DNA of 64,000 bases, taken from Eledone cirrhosa (lineage: Eukaryota). The stretch lies in NCBI GenBank assembly GCA_964016885.1, contig OZ024746.1, positions 4,774,001 to 4,838,000 on the forward strand, in the 5' to 3' direction. The notes under the pieces were generated by a model. That model saw only the letters and a list, made by a program, of their open reading frames with translations, was not told where the DNA came from and did no database searches. Of the stretch, positions 23,825 through 36,992 are shown piece by piece. The translations under genes and the position numbers were made by a program. How positions within the stretch are numbered: the stretch's first letter is position 1; every line of letters begins with the position of its first letter.

Positions 23825-24180
23825 GCATTTTGTCATGGCACCAGCACTACCACTTTATAGTGTGGGTTGTGTATATTTTATTGTGACACTAGCATTTCCA
23901 CATTCCAGTGTGGGATGAATGCATTTTTATATGGTACCACCACTTCCACATTCCAGTATGGGATGAGTGAATTTTATTGTGGTACCAGTACAACCAGTTT
24001 ACAAAGTGGAATGTGGGCATTTTATCATGGTACCAGCACTACTACTTTACAGAATGATCCCGGGTGCATTTTATCTTAGCATTAGCAATTCCACTTTACA
24101 GAGAGGGCTGTGTGCATTTTCTCCTAACACCAGCACTTCACATTTCAGTGTTGGCTGAGCACAGTTTACTGTGGTACCAA
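23825..24180. repeat. Degenerate tandem of about 47 bp, related to the LINE/SINE B 3' UTR unit
   Basis: Recurrent GCATTTT.TC.TGG(C/T)ACCAGCACT.CCAC.TT.CAG.GTGGG. Confidence 0.65.
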
Positions 24181-24365
24181 TACTTTTCAAACTACTAAAA
24201 CCATATAATATTAGCTCCAATAGAATTTAAACTCAGAATGTAAAGTGACCAATCCAGTGCTTTACTGACTCTAATAATCATCTCTAAAATATTCACAAGA
24301 AGTCAGATTTGATGAGTGGGGGGAGGAGTTAGCTGATTAAATTGATTCCATTATTTGATATGTAA

Positions 24366-24550
24366 GGTGGATTGGCAGTATCGGTAGAGGGTCAGACACC
24401 ATGCTTTCTAGCATAGTTACGTCCCTTAACGATCTGAGTTCAAATCCCGCCGAGGTTAACTTTGCCTTTGATCCTTATGGGGTGTGATAAAATAAAGTAC
24501 CAGTAATGTACTGGGTGTTTGCTGGCCTTGTGCCAAAAAGTAGAAACAAT
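24366..24550 (+). mobile_element. SINE family A
   Basis: A box TGGCAGTATCGG and B box GTTCAAATCC; flanking ATTATTTGATA duplication. Confidence 0.85.
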
Positions 24551-25544
24551 TATTTGATACTTATGTTATCGACTTTGGAAGATTGGAAGGCAGACCTCAG
24601 CAAGATCTGAGAACATAAAGAGTCACAACAAATACTGCAAGACAAATACTGCAAGGCAGTTTATCTGATACTCTTGTGATTTTAATAATCCTTCAACTAA
24701 TAGTTTCTAGCAAAAGTACTAAGCAAGGAAATTTGAGGTGTGGGAATAGTCAATTAAATTAACTCCAGTACTTAACTTGTTCTGTCCCCTCCCAGTGGGG
24801 TATGAACTTAGAACATAAAGGGGTGTAACTAAATACTGCAAGGCAATTTTATCCTGCTTTCTGCTAAATAATAACAGACAAAAAAAAATAATTTATCTAT
24901 GTAAAATATTTAGCTCAGTAAAAGGATGATGATATACAAAGGGGGTAAAGAATGAAAAGCAAAGTGATCCCCAGAGATAAACAGAGATAGATATAGAAAG
25001 TAACCCCACCCCTCACCCTGCCCACCAGAACTGGATAATTAGAGGAAAACACACACAAAACACTTGATGTTCTGAGAGATTAATAAAATCAAAGGAAAAA
25101 TATAAAGAAAATAATATCAGAGTTCCCATCAATTAGATGTAACACTTCGGTATAAATGAAGAGGATGACTCAAAAGGAAACAGTACCATCTGCTAAGGAA
25201 AGGAATTGGTTTTGATTACACATCAGTAACTAACTTGTTTGTTATTTTCTTTTTATTCATAGAACTAGCTTCCTATACATCAACTAACAGCTTAAAATGG
25301 CTGACAGATGAAACAAAAAAGAAACACATTTGCCAGTTTCTTTTGTTCTAAACTAGCTGCCCAGTTCAATCCCACCAACCATCAAACACACCTCTGCACT
25401 CTCCCATTTCCTTTCTTTAAACTAGATTTCCTTACTTGGGCTTTTCAAGTTTTCTCTGTTTTACATGATTTGAAATATCATTAATAACATTCATTTTAAA
25501 TATAAATCACATTAGTTGACTTCTTTCACCATGTCTTCATTATC

Positions 25545-25745
25545 TGTAGAACATCGAACACTATGCTTTGCAGCACAGAGTTACGGCCCTTTACGATCTG
25601 AGTTCCAATCCCACCAAGGTTAGCTTTGCCTTTCATCTTTACAGGGTCAATAAATAAAGTACCAGTCATGCACTGGAGTCAATTTAATCAACTTTCCCCA
25701 CTTCCCTTCAAAATGCTGACCTTGTGCCAAATGTAGAAACCATTA
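25545..25745 (+). mobile_element. SINE family A, 5'-degraded
   Basis: Core and tail homology. Confidence 0.75.
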
Positions 25746-25766
25746 TTTCAATTGTTAGAATATATA

Positions 25767-25864
25767 TAGGGTAACCCAAAAAAATGTATACACACTTCAG
25801 CATTTTAATAAATATTGCCTTTACAGGTAATCAAAATGTGTATACATTTTGGGGGGACAGCCTG
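25767..25864. mobile_element. Tc1/mariner-type MITE, about 100 bp
   Basis: TA|TAGGGTAACCCAAAAAAATGTATACAC ... GTGTATACATTTTGGGGGGACAGCCTG|TA imperfect TIRs. Confidence 0.65.
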
Positions 25865-26159
25865 TATTTATAGATGAGATGTTACTAGTTAAGTCCTGTA
25901 AGACTATTATTTAACTTAATCACACAAGGAAGATGGATGGAAAGACATTACACTTCAGCGCTTTACCGAGTACATTTTATCACGGCACCAGCGCTAGAGG
26001 AATACAATTTATATGGTATATATTATTTGATTTTCCATCATACTTAATTCCAGATCCTTGTTTTGTTAGACAAAGAAAGATGCCATGGTAACAATAATTC
26101 AGCAATATATGTTTGACCCTAGACAAAATACTCCATAGATTCAGGACTTTCTTTCTTTT

Positions 26160-26460
26160 CTAAAATCCAGCTAACTGTTGTCTGCCTTCTTCAGAGACAT
26201 GGCACAAGTATGGTTGTGTAGAGTCTGGATCCCCCAGCTCATGGATGTTATCCAACCATCTTACTCGGGGTCTACCCCTCGGTCTCCTGCTGGTTGGTTT
26301 TGCCTGTAAAATCTGTCCAATGATTCTTTCCTGAGACATTCTAAGCATATATCCATAGTATCGGAGCTATGATCTCTCAATTCCAAGAAGTAGTGGCTCT
26401 ACCTGGAGTGACTCTCTCATCTCCGAGCTATGCACTCTATAGAGTAATGTTACTCAAAAG
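26160..26460 (-). mobile_element. RTE (Expander-like) LINE 3' fragment
   Basis: LRMSQERIIGQILQAKPTSRRPRGRPRVRWLDNIHELG. Confidence 0.8.
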
Positions 26461-26939
26461 ACTCTTTGGAGGAACCCCATTTCAGCCACTTGCATTTGCA
26501 ATTGTATTTTTTCGGTCATTACCCAAAATTCATGACCATTGGCATAAATACTAAATTGAAAGTTGAATATAAAAAATAAAATATAACTAGTGATAACGAA
26601 ACCAACAAGGAAGCTATGAGGATGCTGGACCTTTTAGAAATAACAGCCAAAACATCTTCATATCACACTCCACCATCTTAAATAAAGAAGAATATATTGG
26701 ACATTCATTCCCTAGTGTTCGTAGAAAAAAGATGAGGATCATGGCTGGAATGCCTTTGAGTCTACTAGAAGGGGTTAGCCAGGAACTAAGTAACATCAGT
26801 TACAAAAGTGAACAAAATCAAGGGAGTGCTTTTTTAACAACCTTTGCCAGATGGAAAAGCAGATGTAGAAACAATGATTATTATTTTACATGTTTAGAAC
26901 TCAAGGCTTTGTATAAGTCTGTATGTGGGTTAAAAGGGG

Positions 26940-27122
26940 GGGGGGGGCAGTATCGGTAGAGGGTCGGATGCCATGCTTTGACGCATTGAGTTATGGCCCT
27001 TGCCATTCTGAGTTCAAATCCCGCCGAGGTTAACTTTGCCTTTCATCCTTACGGGGTTGATAAAATAAAGTACCAGTAATACACTGGGTAATAGCTGGCC
27101 TTGTGCCAAAAGTAGAAACAAT
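26940..27122 (+). mobile_element. SINE family A
   Basis: Family homology. Confidence 0.85.
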
Positions 27123-27225
27123 TATTTTACATGTTTTAGTGTATGTACCTAATTGAAAACAAATCTATTATTCAGGTAAATAATTGGTGTTAGGAAGAAA
27201 GCCATATAGCTGTAAATTAAAATAA

Positions 27226-27699
27226 TCTAAATGATAATAAAGTACGGAGTGCGGGACTGCGTATGTTTATTTCTTTTAATCTAGTTAGTAAAATAAGTTG
27301 GATTACTTTAAATAAATAATGAATGAATATTACATAATTTATCTACTAAATTTCGTGGCAGTTGATTAAATATATTTTATTGCTTATTTAAAGATTCACA
27401 TCTTTAAAATTTTGACACTTCCGGTTAGCGATCGCTTAAATAAACTTTCATATATTTCCATCACTAATTTTCTCCTAATGCAGTTTATATATAATATCGT
27501 CTTTTTTTAATGTATCATGGATTACGTTACTGATTACATAAGACAGTGTAACGCAGTCTCCGTTCAATTTTTGTGTATATTATCAATTACGATTTTATTT
27601 GGTGTATCATATCTACATGTATATATACCTGCGTATAATATCAATATACACACTACATATACTAGCAGAAAACCACCTGAGGGGTGGTTTTTCTTCTAG
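27226..27699 (+). mobile_element. Non-autonomous Helitron
   Basis: A|TCTAAATGATAATAAAG start; 3' hairpin AACCACC-TGAGG-GGTGGTT followed by CTAG|T. Confidence 0.6.
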
Positions 27700-27997
27700 T
27701 CTATTATAATGTTTCAACAGATGGCCAGGTGTATCTGGATTTAAATAAGTACACCATATCCCTGCATGTCATGAGTGACTAAAGGTTTGGTGTGGAAGGG
27801 CATCAAGCTGTCAAACATTGCCTCAAAATCTCCCGTCCAGCCCATGCCAACATGGAAAGATTGATACAAATATGATGATGATAATGATGAAGATTTTGCT
27901 GTAAATTAAAAAAAAAAAAGAAAACTATTTGATCTAAACTAATTTTTTAACTGAAATATATTGGTTCATGTGTTTCTCAAACAATTTATTTAGTCAA

Positions 27998-28218
27998 CCC
28001 TTTAGCATTTAAACTGGCCATATCTGGCCAGAATTCTCTCACCTCATTCTGTTCAAACCAGCTGTAACCGGCCATTCTTACTGATGTCAAGGTATTGTTC
28101 TCAAAATAAATAATATCAAAGTCTTGTAGATTTGATATTATGTGAAATAATTATGTAAGATAAAGCCTTTACCAAAACAATACAATAGTGTATATAGAGT
28201 AATGTAAATGGTAATGGG
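27998..28218 (+). mobile_element. MITE family C, 27 bp from the laminin donor site
   Basis: Family homology and TIRs. Confidence 0.85.
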
Positions 28219-28245
28219 TTAAATCAAAACAGGAAATTATCTTAC

Positions 28246-28799
28246 CTCTCCTCTTGTAGATGGTGCAGCATCTGAGTATTTTGATTCACAAATTATTTGA
28301 TCAAGTCTTCTGATGGGTCCAGTTGCAATTCCAGGGAAAGACTGGGCACAGTTTTCAGCAAAGTAACGATAAACCTTCCACGTCTTACCAAAATCATATG
28401 ACCTTTCCACCAACATTGCAGCAGGTCGGAAAGTTTTGAATCTCATAATCAAATGAGTAAATTGGAACTCTGCTTCCAAATCTAGCTGAATGTAAACATT
28501 TTCTTTACCATTTTGAGCCTGCCACCATCGCCCTCGTTTACGCCGTCCAAATGAATATACTATGTTTTGTATCCGGTGATTCTGTATTTGATTTTGATTT
28601 GAAGAAAAGGGGTGCCTTGAATCACAATAAAAGCACTTTTTAACATCTTTTAAATGACTAACAATACAGTAATGTTCTCGTTCTTTAAGACCACAAGTTG
28701 ATGAGGCATAGAGATTCCTTTCTCGTCCTATAAGTAAATCACCTGTTGCAGGGTAGCAGCTTCCTTCCAAACATCGGGAATGAGGTAGGGTATACACAC
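28246..28799 (-). CDS. LAMB1: Laminin beta chain, coding exon (N-terminal LN domain), 554 bp
   Basis: tttcag acceptor (phase 1) and gtaag donor (phase 0); [91 protein letters not shown] are beta-laminin LN signatures. Confidence 0.96.
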
Positions 28800-29384
28800 C
28801 TGAAATAAAAGAAAAAAGGATTCAATAACACTAGTTAAAAATAACATTCTACTAAAACACAGTCAATTTATATTCCAGTCTGTTGTAAGAAGTGACTAAA
28901 AGGGTTGGTAGCAGGAAAGGCTTCATGCTGTAAAACATTGCCTCAAAAAATCCCATTCAGCCCATACCAACATGGAAAAGTTGATGTAAACATGATGAGG
29001 ATGATAGTGATAATAATGCAATCATTTTATAAATATATAATTTAGGCACAAGACCAACAATTTGTGGGAAGAGGGGATAGTCAATTACATCAAACCCAAT
29101 ATATGACTGGTACTATCTTTTATCGACCCAGGAAGGACGAAAAGCAAAGTTGATCTAAATGGGATTTAAACTCAGAGTGCAGAGAACCAGAATGAATACC
29201 ACAAAGCATTCTATCCAACATTTTATTGACTCAGCCAATTTGCTCATTTTATAAATAATAAAAAATAACTTAGATATCAAGTATATCTTTAAACAATTGT
29301 AAGAAGATATGGAATGGAACTAAGTAATGAAGGAAGTAAAATAATAATTAACAAGAAGAAAAAGAAAATAGTTAATCTAATTAA

Positions 29385-29601
29385 CCATTTAGTATTTAAA
29401 TTGGCCATATCCAGCCAGAATTCACTCACTTCTTTCTGTTCAAACTGACTGTAATTGGCCACCCATACTGATGTTAAGGTATTGATCTCAAAATAAATAT
29501 CAAAATTCATAGATTTGATATTATGTGAGATCATTATGTGAGATAAAGTGTTTACTACGAAAATGCAATAGTATATATAGAGTAATGTAAATGGTAAAGG
29601 G
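29385..29601 (+). mobile_element. MITE family C
   Basis: Family homology and TTAA flanks. Confidence 0.85.
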
Positions 29602-29639
29602 TTAAAATAACAGAGAAGGCAATGAAATAAGTTGAGGAA

Positions 29640-30200
29640 TGTATATATTATGTAAGGAAAACAGTTTAATCTAATATTATGCAAGAAAAACATAGTTTAA
29701 TCTAATATTATGTAAGGAAAACAGAGTTTAATCTAATAATATGTAAGGAAAACATAGTTTAATCTAATATTATGTAACGAAAGCCTGGATTAATCTAATG
29801 TTATGTAAGTAAAACCTGGATTAATCTATTGTTATGTAAGGAAAGTATAGCTTAATCTCATGTTGTGTAAGGAAAATATAGATTAATCTATCCCTTTCAT
29901 GACCACATTTTTAATGGAATACACATACATATGATTAATTAATGAAGAATTTTGAGGGATTTACTAAATTTATTAATTATTTCATTACTAAGGTAGTAAC
30001 TTAATGTAAGGTTCTTATATAAAATCATGCTGGAAGATTTTAATTTGAACTGGAAACCATTAAAATGGGTGGTTTTATTTCATAGAACCAGAGCTGGTTT
30101 TGGCTGGGTTGGTAACTAAAGGGTTAATATGAAAGGAAAACATAGTTTAATGTATTGTTATGTAAGGAAAATATAGCTTAATATATTGTAATGTAAGAGA
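29640..30200. repeat. Degenerate tandem of about 32 bp (TATGTAAGGAAAACATAGTTTAATCTAATAT), split by a MITE D insertion
   Basis: Units on both sides of 29892-30123. Confidence 0.75.
29892..30123 (-). mobile_element. MITE family D (piggyBac-type)
   Basis: CCCTTTCATG...GTAACTAAAGGG-TTAA. Confidence 0.8.
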
Positions 30201-31279
30201 AAAAAATCAAAGTTTTTATCTAATCACTAAGTGGGATTTAAATGTAAAAACAATCAGAAACAGAAATATCCTAATTTTATTTGAAATTAAAATATTTAAA
30301 AATGGAATTTATCACCTTAGCAGCATTTATTGAATTTTTTGTTTTCTTTTTTTGCAAGTGTATATAATTATAACAGAGTTTAGGGTATTTCTTTTTAGGA
30401 ATAAAAAATAATCTATAAAATTAAAAGAATAAAAATCATATTTGAAGGATTGCGGTCAAAAATTATTTTGCATTGAAGCACACACACACACACACAGATA
30501 CATACAGACAAAGAAGCACACACACATTTATAGATACATACACACATAGGAGCACATGTCAATTTGTCTACAGTTAATATATTAGACAGAAGTTCAAAAT
30601 GAGAAGGAGGGTGAAAATAAATAAATAAATATAAAATTAAAGTAGAATGTGAGAATTTCATTTAGAAATCAAAACATGTTAACTTTTACAGTTTATATAA
30701 AATTTGGTTTCTTTGCAGCTGATAAACATGTAGATATCTTTCTGAAAAATATTGACATGACAGGCTAAGACTGATAGAAAACAGCTGTGAACACATCAAC
30801 GAATTACCGAAAACAACAAGAACTCGTACTCTTGGGTCCCAAATAATAGGGGGAGTTGGAATAAGCAAGGTGGGTGAGGGGTTTGGACAATTGGTAATTT
30901 TTCTAGGCTGTCTCCATTGATTTTTTTTTTAAAACCAGAATCAGTTGTTTAGTTTAAATATTGAGACCCCCAACCCATCCTATTTATATTATAACATATG
31001 GGATTTCTAGTAATATACTTTTTTTGTCATGTATAATGTTTTTTAATGTATTTATAAATTTTTAATGTATAATGAAAACCAATTCTCACAAGAATGCGAT
31101 CACTTAAGATAACATCTATATTTCCATGCTTGCATGGGTTATACGGTTCATCCATGTTATGGTACAAGTCTGGCCAGATGGCCAAACCATACCTTGCTCA
31201 AATGGAACTATATTTTGGCTGGGGTTTTACAGCTGGATACCCTTCCTAACACCAGCAACATTTACAGTGTATATACACA

Positions 31280-31392
31280 GAGGAGATGACGAAGGACCGT
31301 GACAAGTCGAGAGATGCTGCTGTGCTGAATAGGACCCGTCCCACCCTTGCAAGCAGGGAAAAGCGGACGTAAAATGATGATGATGATGATGA
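31280..31392 (+). mobile_element. RTE LINE extreme 3' end (short-UTR subfamily)
   Basis: EMTKDRDK-like codons followed by ACCCGTCCCACCCTTGCAAGCAGGGAAAAGCGGACGTAAAA(TGA)n. Confidence 0.65.
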
Positions 31393-31612
31393 TACACATA
31401 CACTTCTCAGATAATGATGTGCTCCAAACTACATTAGCATATTAACTCTTTCATTACCATATTTCTAATGATAGAAATACATTGTTTATGATTTTTAAAA
31501 CGTTTAAGAATTTCAAATGATCTAGTAATTATCTTTTTCATTATTATTTTATGTTTGGAACATAACTTAACAAAGGCTCTTACATAAAATTATGATGGCA
31601 GGTTACTTTTAA

Positions 31613-31848
31613 CCCTTTAGTTACCAACCCGGCCAAAACCAGCTCTGGTTCTATGAAATAAAACCACCCAAATCTTCCAACATAATTTTATATAAGAACC
31701 TTACATTAAGTTACTATCTTAGTAATGAAATAATTAATCATTTTAGAAAACCCCTCAAAATTATCCATTAATATCCATTTTAATTAATTAATGGAGAATT
31801 AATGGAGAATTTTGAGGGGTTTTCATTAGAAATGCAATCATGAAAGGG
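31613..31848 (+). mobile_element. MITE family D
   Basis: TTAA-CCCTTTAGTTACC...CATGAAAGGG. Confidence 0.8.
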
Positions 31849-32354
31849 TTTAATAAATATAAATATTTTAAAGCAAACAGTTCTGTAAAAGCAGTTTGGT
31901 ATTAAGAGTTAATTCATAAATTTATATATCTAATCCATCATTTTATCGAAAGAGAAATATGGGAAAAACTTATAACTATTCAATTTACAATGAAATTTAG
32001 AGGATAGTCAGTAAATTAGTAGGTTAGTGATGAAGTGCATTGAAATGAATCTGGGAATAAAACTAAAAGAGGTTTATGTTGTGCCATGAAATGAAATATA
32101 AATTGCTTTGGGTGAATTAATCAGAGAAGAAAAAGCCCCTTTCAGTAATTCAATCTCATGGCAACCAATATACATGGCTTTTGTTTAAACAAAAGCTTTG
32201 TTTATAGATGGTTGTAGTTAAGATCACAAAAGAAAAAAAAATGTTACATTAAATTCTTCCCTTTCAATTTTGACTTTTAACCCATAAGTATAATATAAAT
32301 GCTCACTTTACACCCAAAGACAGTTTTTATCAAAGTAACAGTGTTAACAGTAAT

Positions 32355-32740
32355 AATTGTTTCTACTTTTGGCACAAGTCCAGTCATTACCCAGTACATT
32401 ACTGGTACTTTATTTTATCGACTTTGTAAGGACGAAAGGCAAAGTTAACCTTGGTGGGATTTGAACTCAGAATGGCAAGGGCCGTAACTCCATGCTGCAA
32501 AGCATGTAGTCCAACCTTCTACCGATACTGCCATGGTCTCTAATTCAGGTACAAGGCCAGTAATTTCAGAGGAAGGGGAAGGTTGATTAAATTGATCCAG
32601 TACTTGACTGGTATTTTTATGAACCTGGGAAGGATGAAAGGCAAAGTTGATGTTGGCAGTATTATAGCTCAGAACTTAAAGAGTCAGAACAAAAACTGCT
32701 ATAAATTTTCTCTGACGTTCTTACAATTCTGCCAATCAAT
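32355..32740 (-). mobile_element. Two adjacent SINE family A copies (one young, one older)
   Basis: Two GGATGAAAGGCAAAGTT-type cores in tandem. Confidence 0.75.
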
Positions 32741-33222
32741 TGTTCAAGCCTCCTCAGAAAAAAATTGAACTTTTATCTATATTTTCTCTCCTAATTTGTC
32801 TTCATATATAATAGAAAGCTGACACAAGTATGATTTGTTTTATACATCATCACTGTTTAACTTTTATTTGCCATGCTTGCATGGGTTAGATGGGTTATGT
32901 TTTGGGGTTAGACTAGTCAGGTGACCATGTCTTGCTCATACAACCTGTTTTTGCTTGGTTTCTATGGCTGGATGTCCTTTCCAATGCCAACCATCTTACA
33001 GTGTGTACTCGGAGCATAGTTTCTTGAGCTGGATGCCCTAACAACAACCACTTTTCAGCACGTACTGGCAAATTTTATTGTGGTTAATTTCTGTACTACC
33101 ACCTTACAGTGTGGACTGGGTGCTTTTTATCATGACACCAACATGGTCACCTTACAATGTGAACTGGGTGCTTTTCCTCATGACACCAATACTACCACTT
33201 TATGAAAAAAATAACACATTAA

Positions 33223-33422
33223 CCCTTTACCATTTAAACCAGCCATATCTGACCAGAACTCTCACCTCTTTCTGTTCAAACTGGCTGTAACTGGCTGCTC
33301 ATACTGATTTTAAGGTATTGTTCTCAAAATAAATAATATCAAAATATCATAGATTCAATATTATGTGAGCCTGTTCCGTGAAAATACAATAGTAAATATC
33401 AAGTAATGTAAATGCTAAAGGG
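33223..33422 (+). mobile_element. MITE family C
   Basis: TTAA TSDs and TIRs. Confidence 0.85.
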
Positions 33423-33901
33423 TTAAAGAAGCAAAATAATTATGCAGTTAATTCCATATTTATTTGGAAGATGAAAACTTAAATATAAAGACATCTGATA
33501 GAAGATAGAAAACTATAAAATTATAAATAACGAAGCAAATATGATTTTCATATGAGTTTCAGTTTGACCCAACAATTTATCATCAAACAGCAAGACATCA
33601 TTAATAATACTCTAATAATAATTGCTATTTCTTCCCTTTTTAATTATACAGATGAACATTTCCCAACTAACAAGAATTAGGCAACTCTACTGATATAAAG
33701 CTCATTAATATAATTAGAATGGCCAAATTATAGAGGAATTTGACACTAGAAGTTGAAACTAATTATCAAGTAAGAACAACAATGTAATTTAGGTTAGGAT
33801 TTTATTGAAGTACTTTATTTCATAATAAAACCATAAAATAAGTTTGATTAAATGAGCAATAAATTTTTTAAAAGATTGAAGTTATAAAGACAAACTAGGT
33901 A

Positions 33902-33964
<63 letters not shown>

Positions 33965-33966
<2 letters not shown>

Positions 33967-34248
33967 CATTGCTCCAGTTTACTCAGCTGTAGAAATGAGA
34001 TGATAGGACTGGGGTCCCTATCATTCTACTGCAAAGTGATCGTGTAGGCTCCACGGCAAAAAAGCACCCAGCACTCACTGTAATTGAGGTTGGTGTTAGG
34101 AAGGGCATCCAGCTGTAGAAATCAAGCCAGAATCAGTTCCCGTATGAGCAAGACAAGGTCAGCCGACCGGACACTGCCCACAACAGGCCAACCTATCTAA
34201 CCCATGCTAGCGTGGAAGGACGGATGTAAAACGGTGATGATGATGATG
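33965..34248 (+). mobile_element. SINE family B, 5'-truncated, inserted after (TA)n
   Basis: Family homology and (GAT)n tail. Confidence 0.8.
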
Positions 34249-35503
34249 AAGCAGCCGTCTCCAACTAATCAGGCTGGATCCCCGAGTAAGACCAATCAAG
34301 CTTATGGGTGTTATCCAACCATCTTGCTCGTTAAAAAAAAACACCCACCATTCTCATTATATCAGTGGGAAAAAGATGTCTCCCAAGGCAAAACTATCTT
34401 AAATTTTAAGTTGTTTAAAGTAGCCACATTTTGCTTTGATAAGAGCTTCATATAAATATCAACCTTATCTTTAAATATATATATAGTTGCAGTGAAGGCA
34501 TGTGGCTGAGTGGTTAGAGAATTAGATTCACTTTCTTGAGGTTGTGAGTTTGATTCCTGGACCAGCCAATGTGTTATGTCCTTGAGCAAGACACTTTATT
34601 TCACGTTGCTCCTTCTACCTGGAGTTGTGACCGATAGATAGTACTAGCAACTGGAAAGACTAACGGAAACATTGTTTCCTTGGTCCGATTTGACGAAAGT
34701 CGATCGATCCTTTTATAGTTGCAAAACTTATATTTGACCAACATTTGTGCTAGATTCCTAATCACTTCTAAAGAATCTTAACGTTTCATGTCCTATACCA
34801 CACAAAAGCGCATTAGCAAGAAATTCTTTAAAAGTACAAAACAGCACTATGCCTGCATCACAGGAAAAATTAAATCCTTTACCTCAAAACTGCAAATCTT
34901 TCCAATGATTTTTCCAATAGTAAAGATACTGTAAACATTTAAATTTAGAAAGTTTTTAGATATTTTCAGTTAGATTATTACAAGTTGTGGACCTAAGGAA
35001 TCGTGTTTATCAGGCAGTTAGCATTATCAGCTGCCACCAGCATTTTCATGTATGTATGTATGTATGTATGCGTGTGTGTGTGTGTTATGTGTGTGTGTGT
35101 GCGTGTATACATATATATACATCTAATGTTAAAATGTTATATTTTGTGAACAAATAAGAAAAAAAAATCACTCAATACATGGTGTATATGTTTTACATAA
35201 ACTTAATTTTCTTTCTCACTAATTGCATTACATGCCTCTGTAATCTTCCCCTACACATCTAATAGGCTTCCTTACAGAAGTTCATCTAATTCCTTGAGAA
35301 AGATTTGATCTGCTTGAAGCTATATTAGAAGACATTGGCCCAAAGTGGTGTGGGACTGAAGTGAAATTAAATCATGTCTGTCTCTATTATGAGAAATATT
35401 TTCTCCAGAGTTGTAGAGTCGAATAGCACAGTAGCTATGTAGCATGTGTTGGTCACTGAGTGGGCGCTTTGTAGGGCCAAGAAGACCCTTTAGCCTAGCC
35501 AAG

Positions 35504-36400
35504 GCCATGACAACATCAGTAGTACTAATGTCATGACAACATCAGTAGTACTAATGCCATGACAACATCAGTAGTACTAATGCCATGACAACATCAGTAG
35601 TACTAATGCCATGACAACATCAGTAGTACTAATGCCATGACAACATCAGTAGTACTAATGCCATGACAACATCAGTAGTACTAATGTCATGACAACATCA
35701 GTAGTACTAATGTCATGACAACATCAGTAGTACTAATGCCATGACAACATCAGTAGTACTAATGCCATGACAACATCAGTAGTACTAATGTCATGACAAC
35801 ATCAGTAGTACTAATGTCATGACAACATCAGTAGTACTAATGCCATAGTAACATCAGTAGTACTAATGCCATAGTAACATCAGTAGTACTAATGCTATAG
35901 TAACATCAGTAGTACTAATGTCACGACAACATCAGTAGTACTAATGCCATGACAACATCAGTAGTACTAATGTCATGACAACATCAGTAGTACTAATGCC
36001 ATAGTAACATCAGTAGTACTAATGCCATAGTAACATCAGTAGTACTAATGCTATAGTAACATCAGTAGTACTAATGTCACGACAACATCAGTAGTACTAA
36101 TGTCATGACAACATCAGTAGTACTAATGCCATGGTAACATCAGTAGTACTAATGCCATAGTAACATCAGTAGTACTAATGCTATAGTAACATCAGTAGTA
36201 CTAATGTCACGACAACATCAGTAGTACTAATGTCATGACAACATCAGTAGTACTAATGCCATGGTAACATCAGTAGTACTAATGCCATAGTAACATCAGT
36301 AGTACTAATGCCATAGTAACATCAGTAGTACTAATGCTATAGTAAGATCAGTAGTACTAATGTCACGACAACATCAGTAGTACTAATGCCATAGTAACAT
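35504..36400. repeat. 26-bp minisatellite, about 34 copies, with higher-order structure
   Basis: Unit GCCATGACAACATCAGTAGTACTAAT and variants. Confidence 0.95.
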
Positions 36401-36747
36401 ACAGCCATTATACTTTGTGAAATGGATGGTGTTAGGAAGAGCATTCAGTTGTAGAAACCATGACAACAATGAAATATATGAATGAAGCATTGTTCTCTTA
36501 TCAGTCTATGTGGGTCTGAATAAGATCTGACTGGGACTGTGATGACCTGTCCAACCCATGCTAGCATAAAAAATGATGTAGAAAGATGATGGTGAATATT
36601 ACACCAACATTTGTCAACCCAAATGAGTAAATACGTTGAGCAGAAGACAGTGTGAAAGGCATTGGTCAATTTTAGGTATGAAAAGAACTACATAGCTTTA
36701 CATATAACATAAATGGATGATGTGTGTAGATTTTTTAAAATGCCATA

Positions 36748-36992
36748 AATTGTTTCTACTTTTGGCACAAGGCCAGCAATTATCCCAGTGTATTACTGGT
36801 ACTTTATTTTATCGACCCCATAAGGATAAAAGGCAAAGTTAACCTCAGCGGGATTTGAACCATAAATGGCCGTAAATGGCCATAAATAATATCAAAATAT
36901 CATAGATTCAATATTATGACCATAAATGGCCATAACTCTTTGCTGCAAAGCATGGCGTCCGACTCTCTACCGATACTGCCAATTCACCGCCC
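36748..36992 (-). mobile_element. SINE family A carrying a short MITE C-derived insert
   Basis: TSD AAAAT(G/A)CCATAAATT; internal AATAATATCAAAATATCATAGATTCAATATTATG matches MITE C. Confidence 0.75.
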
